From assembly GCA_035193785.1 (NCBI GenBank), contig CP136572.1:704001-768000 (forward strand): a DNA stretch of 64,000 nt, read 5' to 3'. The stretch is from Planktothrix sp. GU0601_MAG3. GTDB taxonomy: Bacteria; Cyanobacteriota; Cyanobacteriia; Cyanobacteriales; Microcoleaceae. Of this stretch, positions 1 through 12,029 are shown piece by piece. Under the pieces are notes generated by a model, which was not told the origin of the DNA, did no database searches, and saw only the letters and a list, made by a program, of their open reading frames with translations. Position numbers and translations under genes: made by a program. How positions within the stretch are numbered: position 1 is the first letter of the stretch; each line of letters starts with the position of its first letter.

Positions 1-1776
1 TGCATCTCCCCAGACTCTCCCATTGTCTAACGTCACCACAAACGCATTTCGAGTTTCTGCTTGACTAAAGATCATCCCTGGATGAAATTGAGAAATCGTT
101 TGAGAGGGTTTCAGAGAGATTTGACCACTGGGATAAACTGGAATATAGGTGACATTAGAACTAAAATCTGATGTGATCAATTTTTCGGGATTAACAAAAC
201 AATATTGCTCTAAAATTGATAAGGGCAATTCTTTGTTATTATAACATTTTAAGGCTTCTTCTATTTTTCCTTGCTGTTGTAGAATTTCAGCAATACTTTC
301 ATAGGCTGAAAATAGATAGGGCTTGATTTTTAAAGCATCTATCAAGTAGGACATTGCCAGATCTAGTTCTTGTTTTTTTAACCATGTTTCTCCTAATCCA
401 GCATAATATTCAGCCGTTTTCGGATTAATATTAATTGCGGTTTGATAGGATGCGATCGCTGATTCCCATTGACTTTGAGATTTATATAAATTGCCTAAAT
501 TGTAATGTACAATATCCGCTTTAGGATCGGTTTTTAGGCGTTCCTGATAAACGTCAATTGCGATCTTAACTTCCTGCTGTTGAATTAAGGTTTCTGCTAA
601 TTGATCTAAGAGCCAAAGATTATTAGAATTCAATTCAACCGCTTTACAATAAACTTTAATAGCTTGTTCCCACTGTTTTTGAGCAATCAAGACTTTTCCC
701 AGTGGAGGATATAACCAATCCGTATTCGGTTCAAATTCAATCGCTTGATAATATTCTATTAAAGCTTGCTCAAATTCCTGGGTTTCACATAAAGCATTTC
801 CCAAGGTAAAATGTAACCAAAAACTATCGGGATTAATCTCCAGGGCTTGACGATACCAATTAATCGCTTCTGCGGGTTTTCCGGTCTTAGAACAAATTTC
901 TCCTAACTTATAATAGGAACCAAAAAACTTAGGATTTAGAGCGATTCCTTGATAATAAGCAACGGTGGCTTCTTGCCATTTTTCTTGCTCAGAGAAAGCA
1001 TTTCCTAGTTGATGATATGTCCAAGAAAAATCCGGGCTGAGTTCAATGGCTTTTTGATAATTGGCGATCGCTTGTTCATAATTCTTTTGTTGAACTAAAG
1101 CATCGGCTAAACTTTGATAAAATAAATTATTCTGGGGATTCAAAATAATCGCTTGATTATAGGCGGCGATCGCTTCTTCCCACTGTTGTTTCCGACTTAA
1201 TGCTTCCCCTAACCAATAATAAGATTGAGGCAAACTCGGGTAAACTTCTACCCCTTTTCTATACAATTCAAGAGCTTGATCTAATTTACCTTTCTCAATT
1301 AAAGTTTTCCCAAAGTCCATATACTCTTGAGGGACAACAGACTGAGGTTCTAAAAGTAAGGCTTGATACCAAGCATTTGTGGCTTCTTCCGGTTGATTCA
1401 GATTAATTAAAACTGTGTATAAACTCTGATAAACTCTGGCTTGATTCGGTTTAAAATGTAGGGCGGTTTGATAGGATTGTAGGGCATCCCGCCATTGTTG
1501 TTGTTGAACATAAACCGTTCCTAAATTAGCATGAACTTCCGCCCAATCGGGTTTTAAATCTAGGGCTTTTGTATACCAAAATTTGGCTTCATCAAGTTTC
1601 CCCTGCAATTGTTTAGCTAACCCCAGGGTACTGTAGGCTGGGAGAAAGCGCGGTTGCAATTTTAACGCCTGTTGACACACAGCAACTGCTTCATCAAACT
1701 GCTGTTGAGCAATATGGCGGTTTGCATCTTCATGTAAATCAAGGACAGTTTTCTCTGGAGTGTCAGACAATGGCAT
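1..1776 (-). CDS. Multi-TPR protein, probably with a C-terminal DUF563/GT61-like glycosyltransferase domain; runs off the window start
   Basis: Manual translation from ATG at 1776 (MPLSDTPEKTVLDLHEDANRHIAQQQFDEAVAVCQQALKLQP...) gives many TPR repeats and stays in frame to position 1 (...NAFVVTLDNGRVWGDA). Absent from the ORF track because there is no stop in the window. The C-terminal domain call is inference. Confidence 0.8.
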   Translation of the reverse strand, partial: MPLSDTPEKTVLDLHEDANRHIAQQQFDEAVAVCQQALKLQPRFLPAYSTLGLAKQLQGKLDEAKFWYTKALDLKPDWAEVHANLGTVYVQQQQWRDALQSYQTALHFKPNQARVYQSLYTVLINLNQPEEATNAWYQALLLEPQSVVPQEYMDFGKTLIEKGKLDQALELYRKGVEVYPSLPQSYYWLGEALSRKQQWEEAIAAYNQAIILNPQNNLFYQSLADALVQQKNYEQAIANYQKAIELSPDFSWTYHQLGNAFSEQEKWQEATVAYYQGIALNPKFFGSYYKLGEICSKTGKPAEAINWYRQALEINPDSFWLHFTLGNALCETQEFEQALIEYYQAIEFEPNTDWLYPPLGKVLIAQKQWEQAIKVYCKAVELNSNNLWLLDQLAETLIQQQEVKIAIDVYQERLKTDPKADIVHYNLGNLYKSQSQWESAIASYQTAININPKTAEYYAGLGETWLKKQELDLAMSYLIDALKIKPYLFSAYESIAEILQQQGKIEEALKCYNNKELPLSILEQYCFVNPEKLITSDFSSNVTYIPVYPSGQISLKPSQTISQFHPGMIFSQAETRNAFVVTLDNGRVWGDA

Positions 1777-1818
1777 GATCAACCGCAAAAATAGGACAGC
1801 TTTTAATATAGACGTTGA

Positions 1819-2286
<468 letters not shown>

Positions 2287-2572
2287 TAATTCGTAATTCC
2301 CTGTTCCCTATTATTAAGAAATATTACGGGAAATTTATTAAAAAATGTTGCAAATTGTTGATCGACTTGCTAGATTGTGCGAAGAGGGTCTTTCCATGAA
2401 CGCTCGTATTGAGGAGACAGGTGAGCCATGCTTGAAATCAATATTGCTCTGTTAACCAGGAATTAAGGAAAAAGGATAGCCTGGTCTGTTGTCTAATCAT
2501 GACCCATTAGTAATCTCTACAATCATGACACCAAATTTTTAGCATTTACAGGTTTTTTACACACGCTGCATA

Positions 2573-2690
2573 GAGGAATATCGGTGCTCCGAACAGGATG
2601 TCAGGGTCGCTTGGGATGAAAAAATCCCGACTCAAATGGGTGGGAGAAGCCCGCCCCGTCGCACCGAATTCCTCCTCAACAGGAGGTTTT
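2573..2690 (+). promoter_or_regulatory. Candidate structured 5' leader (riboswitch-like) of the SDR gene
   Basis: Outer stem 2573-2587/2661-2674, internal hairpins, and a competing hairpin CCTCCT-caac-AGGAGG covering the SD. Confidence 0.5.
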
Positions 2691-2694
2691 TGCA

Positions 2695-3520
2695 ATGAAC
2701 ATTCAAGGAAAAACAGCCCTAATTACTGGGGCTTCTCGTGGAATTGGCCGGGCAATTGCCTTAGAATTTGCCAAAAATGGGGTTAAACGTCTGATTCTGG
2801 TGGCACGCGATCGCCAACGACTGGCAGAATTAGCCACACAAATAGAGCCGATGGGCGTGGAGGTGATTACCTTAGCCCTGGACTTAACCCAATCGGTTTC
2901 AAGTTCATATTGCGATCGCCCAGGCTTGGCGTTCTCACGGGCCAATTGAAATTCTGATTAATTGTGCAGGTGTTGCCCACCAAAAGCCGTTTTTAGAATC
3001 CAAACTCCCAGATGTTCAGGAGGAAATCTCCTTGAATTTAATCGGGTTGTATACCATTACTCACGTTATCGCTCGACGCATGGCCACCCGCCAAGCGGGA
3101 ACCATTATTAATGTGTCGAGTTTGATGGGCAAAATTGCCGCCCCTACGATGTCCACCTATTCGGCGACTAAATTCGCGATTTTGGGGTTTACAGAAGCCC
3201 TCCGCCAAGAATTAGCCCCCTACAATATTCGGGTGATGGCTCTATTGCCCACCTTAACGGACACGGATATGACCCGGGACTTAAAATTATTCCGTTGGGT
3301 CGTCCCCATGACCCCCGAACAAGTCGCTAAGGTGTTAGTGGCTGGGATCAATAAAGATGCCTCGGAAATTTTGGTTGGATGGCAAAGCCATTTAGCCGTT
3401 TGGTGTAACCGTTTTGCCCCTTGGTTGATGGAGAAGATTATGATGTTTGCTTCTCCAGTGACCCACAAAATCCGTAAGTCCTATCCTGTTTTCAACAAAG
3501 CTAACGCAACATTGCATTAG
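2695..3520 (+). CDS. Short-chain dehydrogenase/reductase (SDR); extra T at ~2898
   Basis: TGASRGIG cofactor motif, NCAG, NVSS and YSATK catalytic motif; the two frames join if GTTTC is read as GTTC. Confidence 0.9.
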
Positions 3521-3568
3521 TTTGAGTTAATGGTTGACCCTCAACCCTTGACCTTTAACTAATTCCCC

Positions 3569-3596
3569 GTAGAGACGTGCCATGGCGCGTCTCTAC
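3569..3596. repeat. GTAG-type REP-like palindrome
   Basis: GTAGAGACGTGCCATGGCGCGTCTCTAC inverted repeat downstream of the SDR gene. Confidence 0.75.
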
Positions 3597-3741
3597 ATTG
3601 AATTAATAGCACAGACACTTTAACTGATGACTGATAACTGATGACTGATAACTGATTAAGGTAAGATTAGGCGATAGGCTGTTCAGGAATTTCCCCAAAA
3701 TTATGAAGTTTCCTGCCTTGAACTTTGGAGATTAAAATTTT

Positions 3742-4263
3742 ATGCCCAGATCACAACGTAACGATAACTTTATTGATAAAACCTTTACGGTTATGGCAGA
3801 TATGATTCTGAAGGTGCTGCCTACCAATAAAAAAGCCAAGGAAGCATTTGCCTATTATCGGGATGGAATGTCGGCCCAGGCGGACGGAGAATATGCAGAG
3901 GCTTTAGAAAATTACCAGGAAGCCTTAACTCTGGAAGAAGATCCCTATGATCGAAGTTTTGTTCTTTATAATATGGGCTTAATTCATGCCAGCAATGGCG
4001 AACATGAGGAAGCATTAGAATATTATCAACAAGCGATCGAGTTAAATCCCCGAATGCCCCAGGCTTTGAATAATATTGCGGTAATTTACCATTATCAGGG
4101 GGAAAAAGCTAAGGAAGCCGGAGATGAAGACACGGCAGAACAGGAATTTAAGCAAGCGGCGGAATATTGGGTTAGGGCGATTCGTTTGGCCCCGAATAAC
4201 TATATTGAAGCTCAGAACTGGCTGAAAGTTACCGGAAGAAGCAAAATCGATATCTATTTTTAA
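3742..4263 (+). CDS. ycf3: Photosystem I assembly protein Ycf3
   Basis: [16 protein letters not shown]...YYRDGMSAQ...[16 protein letters not shown] protein. Confidence 0.98.
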   Translation: MPRSQRNDNFIDKTFTVMADMILKVLPTNKKAKEAFAYYRDGMSAQADGEYAEALENYQEALTLEEDPYDRSFVLYNMGLIHASNGEHEEALEYYQQAIELNPRMPQALNNIAVIYHYQGEKAKEAGDEDTAEQEFKQAAEYWVRAIRLAPNNYIEAQNWLKVTGRSKIDIYF

Positions 4264-4317
4264 CTAAACTTTTCAATCAATCACTGGTTTGCCAACCTAC
4301 CTTAAGCTGGATTTAAC

Positions 4318-4612
4318 ATGACTATTGATCGTGAACAAGTCTCTAAAGTTGCTTTTCTGGCTCGACTGGAGCTAACACCCCAGGAGGAAGAACAATTTAC
4401 GACCCAACTGGGTGAAATTTTAGATTATTTTGAGCAATTAAACGAACTCGATACATCCCAGGTGGCTCCCATGACCCGGGCTATTGAGTTGAGTAATATT
4501 ACTCGACCTGATCATTTAGAATCCTATCCCCAGAGAGATGATATTCTGGCGAACGCCCCGGAAACAGGAAGGAGACTATTTCAAAGTCCCCAGAATTATC
4601 TCGGAGGAGTAA
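4318..4612 (+). CDS. gatC: Asp/Glu-tRNA amidotransferase subunit C; extra A at ~4562
   Basis: [17 protein letters not shown]...; corrected C-terminus [19 protein letters not shown]. Confidence 0.95.
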
Positions 4613-4649
4613 CTATCCGCCCCAACTGCCTGAATTGAATTCTTTTTCC

Positions 4650-4735
4650 ACCCATTCCCCATTACCCATTCCCCATTACCCATTCCCCAAAACCCAAAAC
4701 CCAAAACCCATTACCCATTACCCATTACCCATTCC
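4650..4735. repeat. Mixed STRR heptamer array (CCCATTC/CCCATTA/CCCAAAA)
   Basis: Tandem 7-mers visible directly. Confidence 0.9.
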
Positions 4736-5015
4736 CTGCTACATCAAAAATAAAAACCCTCCTTATGGAATGGGAGTTTAAGCCCTGTTTTTGCTAATCA
4801 GAAACGGGGTTTCTGGTTTTTGGACAAATTTTTTTTAAATTTAGGGGGTGGGGGAGTTGCTCAACGAAAGATTTACCTCTATAATTTGAACAGACGTAAA
4901 GAAAGATTAACTGCACTCATAAAATTTCTCAGATTCTGCTATAGCAGATGAGAGACGCTTAACATGAGTCCTAATCCCTTTACGACTTGTAATTATATAT
5001 TCGGAGATTTTGTCC

Positions 5016-6074
5016 ATGACTATTGCAGTCGAAAGACCGCAGGTTGAGAGAGGCACCTTTGATGTCCTCGACGACTGGCTCAAACGTGATCGCTTCGTCT
5101 TCGTGGGTTGGTCAGGAGTTCTGCTGTTCCCCTGTGCTTATCTGGCCCTCGGTGGCTGGTTAACCGGAACAACCTTTGTGACTTCCTGGTATACCCACGG
5201 TTTAGCAAGCTCTTATTTAGAAGGCTGTAACTTTATTACCGCCGCCGTCAGTAGCCCCGCTAACAGCTTGGGACATTCCCTGCTGTTCCTCTGGGGGCCT
5301 GAAGCTCAGTGGGATTTCACCCGTTGGTGTCAACTGGGCGGTTTATGGGCTTTTATTGCTCTGCACGGTGCTTTCGCCCTGATCGGCTTTTGTCTGCGTC
5401 AGTTGGAAATTGCCCGTTTAGTCGGTATTCGTCCCTATAACGCGATCGCCTTTACTGGCCCGATTGCGGTGTTCGTCAGTGTCTTTCTGATGTACCCCTT
5501 GGGTCAATCTAGTTGGTTCTTTGGCCCTAGCTTTGGGGTAGCTGGAATTTTCCGGTTTATTCTGTTCCTGCAAGGCTTCCATAACTGGACGCTGAACCCC
5601 TTCCACATGATGGGAGTGGCTGGAATCCTGGGTGGTGCGCTGTTGTGCGCTATTCACGGAGCGACGGTGGAAAATACTCTGTTTGAAGATGGGGATACGG
5701 CCAATACATTCCGGGCTTTTGAACCAACTCAAGCTGAAGAAACCTATTCGATGGTGACCGCCAACCGTTTTTGGTCACAAATTTTCGGGATTGCTTTTTC
5801 TAACAAACGTTGGTTACACTTCTTCATGTTATTCGTGCCCGTCACGGGTCTGTGGATGAGTTCCATCGGCATTGTTGGTTTAGCTCTGAACCTACGGGCT
5901 TATGATTTCGTTTCCCAAGAGTTACGGGCGGCGGAAGATCCTGAATTTGAAACGTTCTATACTAAGAACATTCTGTTAAATGAAGGTCTGCGGGCTTGGA
6001 TGGCTCCTGCTGATCAACCCCACGAAAACTTCATTTTCCCTGAAGAAGTGCTACCTCGCGGTAATGCTCTGTAA
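5016..6074 (+). CDS. psbD: Photosystem II D2 protein, stand-alone copy (no psbC follows)
   Basis: [16 protein letters not shown]...[16 protein letters not shown]...[10 protein letters not shown]; followed by a terminator rather than psbC. Confidence 0.99.
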   Translation: MTIAVERPQVERGTFDVLDDWLKRDRFVFVGWSGVLLFPCAYLALGGWLTGTTFVTSWYTHGLASSYLEGCNFITAAVSSPANSLGHSLLFLWGPEAQWDFTRWCQLGGLWAFIALHGAFALIGFCLRQLEIARLVGIRPYNAIAFTGPIAVFVSVFLMYPLGQSSWFFGPSFGVAGIFRFILFLQGFHNWTLNPFHMMGVAGILGGALLCAIHGATVENTLFEDGDTANTFRAFEPTQAEETYSMVTANRFWSQIFGIAFSNKRWLHFFMLFVPVTGLWMSSIGIVGLALNLRAYDFVSQELRAAEDPEFETFYTKNILLNEGLRAWMAPADQPHENFIFPEEVLPRGNAL

Positions 6075-6124
6075 TTAGAGATTCTAATTATTCAGGAAAG
6101 TCTTAAAAACATCTGATTAATTCT

Positions 6125-6165
6125 AAAATCTCCTACAAGTTTTGTAGGGGATTTTGTTTTTTTTT
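6125..6165 (+). terminator. Intrinsic terminator of psbD
   Basis: AAAATCTCCTACAA-gtt-TTGTAGGGGATTTT hairpin followed by a T-tract. Confidence 0.85.
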
Positions 6166-6180
6166 GATGATTAATGGTTT

Positions 6181-6241
6181 AAGAAAGCCCTGAAGGGCTT
6201 ACTACAATTGGGGTTAAGAAAGCCCTGAAGGGCTTACTACG
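6181..6241 (-). repeat. Two tandem GTAG-type REP-like hairpins
   Basis: Minus-strand GTAGTAAGCCCTTCAGGGCTTTCTT twice; same unit at 59065. Confidence 0.85.
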
Positions 6242-6773
6242 ATTGGAGTTTGGCTCGGATATCTTCAATTCGTTTCCGATTTACTCCTAGATCGGATTCC
6301 CCTAAACGAGAGGCAGAACGCACTTGAATTGAACTATTTTCTTGATCCAAATAAAATTCTACATCATCAACAAACCCCATTAAATCCGAGGTAAATTCGG
6401 CATAAATATAATTAGTTTCATCCGTAATAATTTTAGTGTTTTCAGTATTTTTCAGCAGTTTTTTAAGCTGTTCAAAAGCTGTTTCGGGAGAATCTTGATA
6501 GGTGAAAGGTGCAATTTGATGTTCGGCATCTAGGCTTTGACTGGAAACACAATTGGGGGAAGTTGGACAGGGGGCAAATTGTCCTTGTTTAATGCCGAGA
6601 TTTGCGGGGCGATTGCCGGAAAATGAAAATATACTGGCTATGATTGGAGGTACAGAAGTGGTATTAGCCAAAGCTGAGGGCACTAATCCTAACAAGCTGC
6701 TAACAAATATAATCACCGTTAACAATATAGAAAAACCGGGAAGTTGACCAATAGACAGGACTGATTTTTTCAT
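6237..6773 (-). CDS. DUF1499 family protein
   Basis: CPTSPNCVSSQ, GFVDDVEF, RSASRLGESDLGVNRKR motifs; N-terminal signal/TM segment. Confidence 0.9.
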   Translation of the reverse strand: MKKSVLSIGQLPGFSILLTVIIFVSSLLGLVPSALANTTSVPPIIASIFSFSGNRPANLGIKQGQFAPCPTSPNCVSSQSLDAEHQIAPFTYQDSPETAFEQLKKLLKNTENTKIITDETNYIYAEFTSDLMGFVDDVEFYLDQENSSIQVRSASRLGESDLGVNRKRIEDIRAKLQS

Positions 6774-6818
6774 GGTAAATATTAAGAACTTCATCTATTT
6801 TAAACCGGATTTAACCAA

Positions 6819-8443
6819 TTAAATTCTTTCGATGGGTTCAAACATTGGGCAGTAACCATCGGAAGTTACTTTGAAGCCATAGAGGGCGGAGGATTGATTC
6901 CAACAGCGTTGTCCGCGATAGTATTGGCAGTTTCCACAACAGTCAAGATCCCTGGGAATGGGGCGATCGCTACCTTGACTTAGGAATTCCCGTTGGGAAA
7001 TCCCCCGCAAAACTAATTCTTCCCCTTGCCATCGGGCCTCTACTAACCCCGTATCGGCAAAACCTAACCAACGGGGATCGGTGGTTAACCCTGGGGGTAA
7101 GGTAATGTGAATTTGAGTTTCAAACTCGGCAATTTCCCCTTCATACTCAATTTCAGCCAGGGGAGGCTGGATAAAGGTTTCCCCAATGGGTAACTCGACG
7201 AGGGTTTCCGGGGTTGGGGGTATGGAGTTGATAGCGGTTTCTGAGTTCTTCTAAATTGGTCAGATCCCCTAAATAGGCGGGTGATCCGTGGATAAAAATA
7301 ATATGTTGGGGTCGGAGGTTATGAATTAGTTGGGTTGTCCCGGGGCCATCACAATGTTCTGAGATGAAATAGGTTTCAACCTTGGGTGCACGGGGACTAA
7401 AACCCGTTTCTTCCGATTCGGGGGTCAGAATAATATCGAGGTTTTGACCGGGTTTTTGGCGCAAAAATAACATCCAAGGCAGGATGGAATCGGCCCAATA
7501 GGAATTCCAATCGGCAGATTCGTCGGTGAGAACAATACAGGGGGTTTGACCGAGTTGGGCGCGGTGTTCTGGGGTGAGTCGTCGGACTCTGGGGCGAATG
7601 CGGTCATCCCAAAATAGGGGCTGATGTTGGGCAAAATTCTGAACGCTGGTGGGGAAATGGGGCAGGAGTTGCAGGTAAATATCGCAGCCGGTGGCGACAC
7701 TGGCATCTACCCAAATATCGAGATCTCGCCCGGTAAAATAATGGTGACTGCGAAGCAACATTAACAGTTCTTGTCCTAAGCCCAAAGTTGGTGTCGGGAG
7801 GAGCAGGCAATATTGGGCTTCTATCCCTCGATATAAGCGTTCTACGAGTTGGTTTTCCAGTAGACGACGATGGGGATGGCGGGCGGTTCCATAACTGCCT
7901 TCTAGGATTAAAACATCGGGTTTGAGTCCGCGTAATTCTCCCAGGGGTAAGCCTTCGACGAGGCGAGAATTGGAGAGAAAAAAATCTCCGGTGTAAATTA
8001 GTTTATAGTTGCGTTCGGGTGTTATATAGTTGAGCAAAATTACCGCCGCCCCGGGTAAATGACCCGCCGGAAATAGGGTGATACTAAGTCCGGGTCGGAG
8101 TTGGATGGGAGAATCCCAGGGTAGGGGTTGACAAAGGGGGATATGGGGATCGGGTTTCCCAGTCTGGCCAGTTTAGGGGTAACAGTTGGGTTGTTACCTG
8201 ACTCCCATAGATGGGAATTTCAGGATAAGCCTGATGGAAGGCGAGTAAACCTTGAGCATGATCCGCATGGGCGTGGGAACATAGAACTAAGTCGGCTGGA
8301 GGTTGATCTGAGGATGTTAATAGGGGTGAAATGTCCTGAATACCACAATCTAGTAAGATGCGATGAGATCCTATCCGCACTAACAGACATACACCTTCCC
8401 CTGCATGGCCAACACTATAGGCTAAACATTCCGGGTCAATCAC
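6819..8443 (-). CDS. MBL-fold metallo-hydrolase (beta-CASP-like); extra bases at ~8155 and ~7205
   Basis: LLDCG, SHAHADH, AGHLPGAA, YTGDF, LEGSYG; Cys-rich C-terminus CCGNC...C...CP; three ORF-track pieces join after GAAAC->GAAC correction. Confidence 0.85.
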
Positions 8444-8554
8444 AGGAGTTCATCAAGCAGGATAATTTAGTTTAAATTTTAGAATTACTGGGGATTTTTG
8501 CTAAAAAATGTTAAAAACTGTTGCAAAAATAATTTAAAAGGAGTGATATTCATT

Positions 8555-9109
8555 ATGTCAATTGGACAATTCCAGGAATTTTTTGATCATTGTGTGGGTA
8601 AATGGATCACAGAACGTACTTATCATTATCTGAGTTATCAGGAAGTTGAGCGATCGCATACAGAATTTGTGATTCATCCCCTCGATAATGGGGCTAAAGC
8701 CAAGGTCTTAGAAGATAATCACTGTTTGTCAACAAACTTAGAGTTACAAACTCTACCAGGATATCGACTAGCATTTCAAACGATTTCGGAAAAAGGGGAT
8801 GAGGTTTCTCAAGAGTTGAATATTCTCTTTGTACCACAAAAATTAGATTTCCCGATTATTCAAGGGGATTATCTGCGCGATAAAGCCTATGAAGAAGCGA
8901 AACCGATGGTGGCGCATTTTCGTTACAATACCGAAACCCGTGAATTATTAATGACAACGACCTACACCAATGTTGTTTCTGTAGATTCGATTACTTTAAT
9001 TAATCCAAAGTTAAGAATTCGTCGGATTATTAATTATCAACGACCGATTGATCATAACCCTTTAGAAACCGTATTATTAGCGGGATTTGGAGTTGAACAA
9101 AAACAATAA
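8555..9109 (+). CDS. CpcS/CpeS-family phycobiliprotein lyase (CpcV-like)
   Basis: QEFFDHCVGKWITERTYHYL N-terminus, YLRDKAYEE, LRIR...GFGVEQK. Confidence 0.8.
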   Translation: MSIGQFQEFFDHCVGKWITERTYHYLSYQEVERSHTEFVIHPLDNGAKAKVLEDNHCLSTNLELQTLPGYRLAFQTISEKGDEVSQELNILFVPQKLDFPIIQGDYLRDKAYEEAKPMVAHFRYNTETRELLMTTTYTNVVSVDSITLINPKLRIRRIINYQRPIDHNPLETVLLAGFGVEQKQ

Positions 9110-9118
9110 TTATCAATT

Positions 9119-9321
9119 GTAGGGGTGGGTTTATCAAGATTTAGGTTATTAACAAAGATCTCACAGTAGGGGCGGGTTTATCAAGATTTAGGTTATTAAC
9201 AAAGATCTCACAGTAAGGGCGGGTTTATCAAGATTTAGGTTATTAACAAAGATCTCACAGTAAGGGCGGGTTTATCAAGATTTAGGTTATTAACAAAGAT
9301 CTCACAGAAACCCGCCCCTAC
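9119..9321. repeat. Four tandem 47-bp units of a GTAGGGGCGGGTTT REP-like element, closed by an inverted AAACCCGCCCCTAC
   Basis: Units start at 9119, 9166, 9213, 9260 and are near-identical; no unique spacers. Confidence 0.95.
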
Positions 9322-9369
9322 CAGTTATCAGTGCGAGAGTTGATTTATTGACTGATTCCTATTCCTCAT

Positions 9370-10390
9370 TTAATCTATTTTGAATTCTGTTCCCCGATAA
9401 CAGCCTTGAAAGGAGGTAATTTCAAGTCCTGTTTGTTGTTGAAGTTGGTTAATCAGAGTGGAGGAAACGCCATTCCATTGATAGGGAAAGTTTCCTAAAG
9501 TTTGATTAGTTACTTCTTGACTATACTCTTGAATGGGAATCCCTGAAACCCCAACAATATTTTGATCATAATATCCATTTAAAATTATTTTTTCAATTAT
9601 CACCCCGGGCTGAATATTAAGTTTCCAGTTAACGGGTTCATAGGAGGATAAAGCTAATATTATGGGTTGATTTTGACGGTTAATATTAACGGAAATTGTA
9701 CCTGGAGAACGTTGATTTCCGCTATGATTGGGGTTGGCTTCATAGACTCCAATTAAATGTAGTTCTTTTGACTGGGATGTTTTGATCAGATAATGGTTAA
9801 AATCATCACTTCCCCCGACTCCACAAGTTTGATTTTTAGCTACAATTGGTTGAGAAGGAGGAGTTACTCTTAATTGCTGTTCAACTTTAGGAATTAGGGA
9901 AGATACGGTTTTCAAACCCAATATAGTAACCAAACCAACACCAACAGTTAAGGGAATCCATTTTAATAAATTTAACAGTAAAGGATAATGGGTGATTTGA
10001 TTCCACTGATATTTAATATTAGAAAAACTCTGATTTTGAGTTTCTAAACAGGCGAGTAAATTCAAACTATCGGGTTGTTTCTAATAAATTTTGAATTAGT
10101 TTTCCCTCCCCAACATAAAGGTTACGGGTTTTTCGATCTAAAAGTAACCAATATTGTTGATCATTTTCGGGAAAATACTGTTGTAAACTGGAACTAATAT
10201 TAGGATGTTGTAATAAAATTTGCCAGGATAAAGCCGAAGTTGTTCCTAGATTTTGACCATCGGTAAAAAATGCTTCTTCAATATCCGGTTCCCAATACCA
10301 AGCTACCCATCTATTATTAGAATGATAGCCTAGGGATTTTTCTAGTTGGGGATGAACACTAATATTAAGGGGGTATATCTGTTGAGACAT
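9370..10390 (-). CDS. Hypothetical single-pass membrane protein; extra base at ~10079
   Basis: Two ORF pieces join (LLEQPDSLNLL); central hydrophobic segment; C-terminal ELHLIGVYE...SSYEPVNW...FQGCYRG domain. Confidence 0.7.
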
Positions 10391-10397
10391 GGTGAAT

Positions 10398-11042
10398 TTA
10401 AGATTGGACTTGAAAATCGTTGCTGGTTAAGCTATTCGCAGAAATATTAATTAAGGTAGCCAATATTTGGTTACTACTGGTAACACGAATTATGGTATTA
10501 TTCAGATCGGAAACTAAGGTTAATTGGGCAAAAGTTAATCCTCCAGTTAACCCAATTATATCCTCATTTTGGGTAAAGTCGTTGATAGTATCACTACCCG
10601 GTTGATTAGCAATAATAAAGCGATCGCGTCCGGCTCCCCCAATTAAGGTATCATTATCTTTATCTCCATATAACCAGTCATCCCCATCATTTCCCCGCAG
10701 AATATCTGTTCCTTGACCGCCAAATAAGGTATCATTTCCCGTGTCTCCGGTGAGGTCATCACTATCTAAATTTCCGAATAATAAATCATCTCCAATTCGA
10801 CCATCTAAGACATCGTTATTTTGTCCGCCATAAAGGGTATCATTACCTTCATTTCCCGCAACTGCATCATTACCCAAATTTCCATTTAACCAATCGTTTC
10901 CTAAATTTCCCGATAAAAAATCATTCCCAGAAAGTCCTAATATTAAGTCATTTTCTACCCCTCCTAATATAGTATCATTGTCATCGCTTCCTAATAAAAA
11001 TACAAAGGTGTTATTATCGAGGGTAACAGTTGTGTCTGCCAT
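10398..11042 (-). CDS. RTX/hemolysin-type calcium-binding protein
   Basis: Multiple GGxGND nonapeptide repeats; SDTINDFT C-terminal cap. Confidence 0.92.
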   Translation of the reverse strand: MADTTVTLDNNTFVFLLGSDDNDTILGGVENDLILGLSGNDFLSGNLGNDWLNGNLGNDAVAGNEGNDTLYGGQNNDVLDGRIGDDLLFGNLDSDDLTGDTGNDTLFGGQGTDILRGNDGDDWLYGDKDNDTLIGGAGRDRFIIANQPGSDTINDFTQNEDIIGLTGGLTFAQLTLVSDLNNTIIRVTSSNQILATLINISANSLTSNDFQVQS

Positions 11043-11072
11043 AATATTTTTGAAGTTAAAGTTGATTAATCG

Positions 11073-11997
11073 TTAATATTTATTTTCGGGTACAGGTCTA
11101 TTATACTCATACCAATGATTAGCAATATCAACCCGACGACATATCCAAACCCGGTCATAATTTTGAATATAATCTAAAAAGCGAGCGAGCGCCGCCGCCC
11201 GTCCGGGTCTACCCACTAAACGACAATGTAACCCAATACTCATCATTTTTGGTGCGGTTTCTCCTTCTGCATATAACATATCAAAGGCATCTTTTAAATA
11301 GGTAAAAAACTGTTCTCCACAGTTAAACCCTTGATTTGTTGCAAATCGCATATCATTATTATCAAGAGTATAAGGAATAACTAAATGGGGTTTTTCATAG
11401 TCATAAACCCAATAGGGTAAATCGTCAGCATAACTATCAGCATCATACAAAAATCCTCCTGCTTCTACGACTAATTTACGGGTGTGGGGACTGGTGCGTC
11501 CGGTATACCAACCCAGGGGAGGATTTCCGGTAATTTTTGTATGAATGGCGATCGCTTTTTGTAAATGTTGACGTTCCATTTCTTCATTAAAATATTTATA
11601 ATCAATCCAGCGATAACCATGACTGGCAATTTCCCAGTCCGCCTCTAACATGGCTGCAACGGCTTCTGGGTTACGTTCTAAGGCCATGGCAACCCCATAA
11701 ACGGTCACGGGGATATGACGTTGGGTAAACAGCCGATGGAGCCGCCAAAATCCCGCTCTACTGCCATATTCATAAATTGATTCCATGTTTAAATGGCGCA
11801 GTCCGTGAAAGGGTTTCAGCCCCAATAATTTCTGATAAAAAGGCTTCGGAAGTTTGATCTCCGTGGAGAATACAATTCTCGCCACCTTCTTCATAATTAA
11901 TCACGAATTGTACTGCAATTCGAGCTTGATTCGGCCATTTGGGATCGGGGGTATGGCGACCATAACCGATCATATTTCTGGGATAATATTCAGACAT
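11073..11997 (-). CDS. puuE: Allantoinase PuuE (polysaccharide deacetylase fold); extra base at ~11815
   Basis: YPRNMIGYG, QFVINYEEGGE, ESIYEYGSRAGFWR, SHGYRWIDY, GLHCRLVGRPGR. Confidence 0.92.
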
Positions 11998-12029
11998 CTG
12001 ATCAATTTTCTCCAAGCAATTCGGTTTAA

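Noticed and set aside
2428..2466. 12-codon ORF MLEINIALLTRN after GAGGAG
   Set aside because: Too short to support without conservation data
2573..2690. Assignment to the c-di-AMP (ydaO) or guanidine-I riboswitch
   Set aside because: Only fragmentary resemblance; hallmark segments (e.g. CAGCUAA of ydaO) are absent; left unassigned
2695..3520. SDR as HetN
   Set aside because: No RGSGR peptide; the equivalent position reads TRQAGT
9119..9321. Possible CRISPR array
   Set aside because: Units are contiguous and near-identical with no unique spacers; no cas genes in the window
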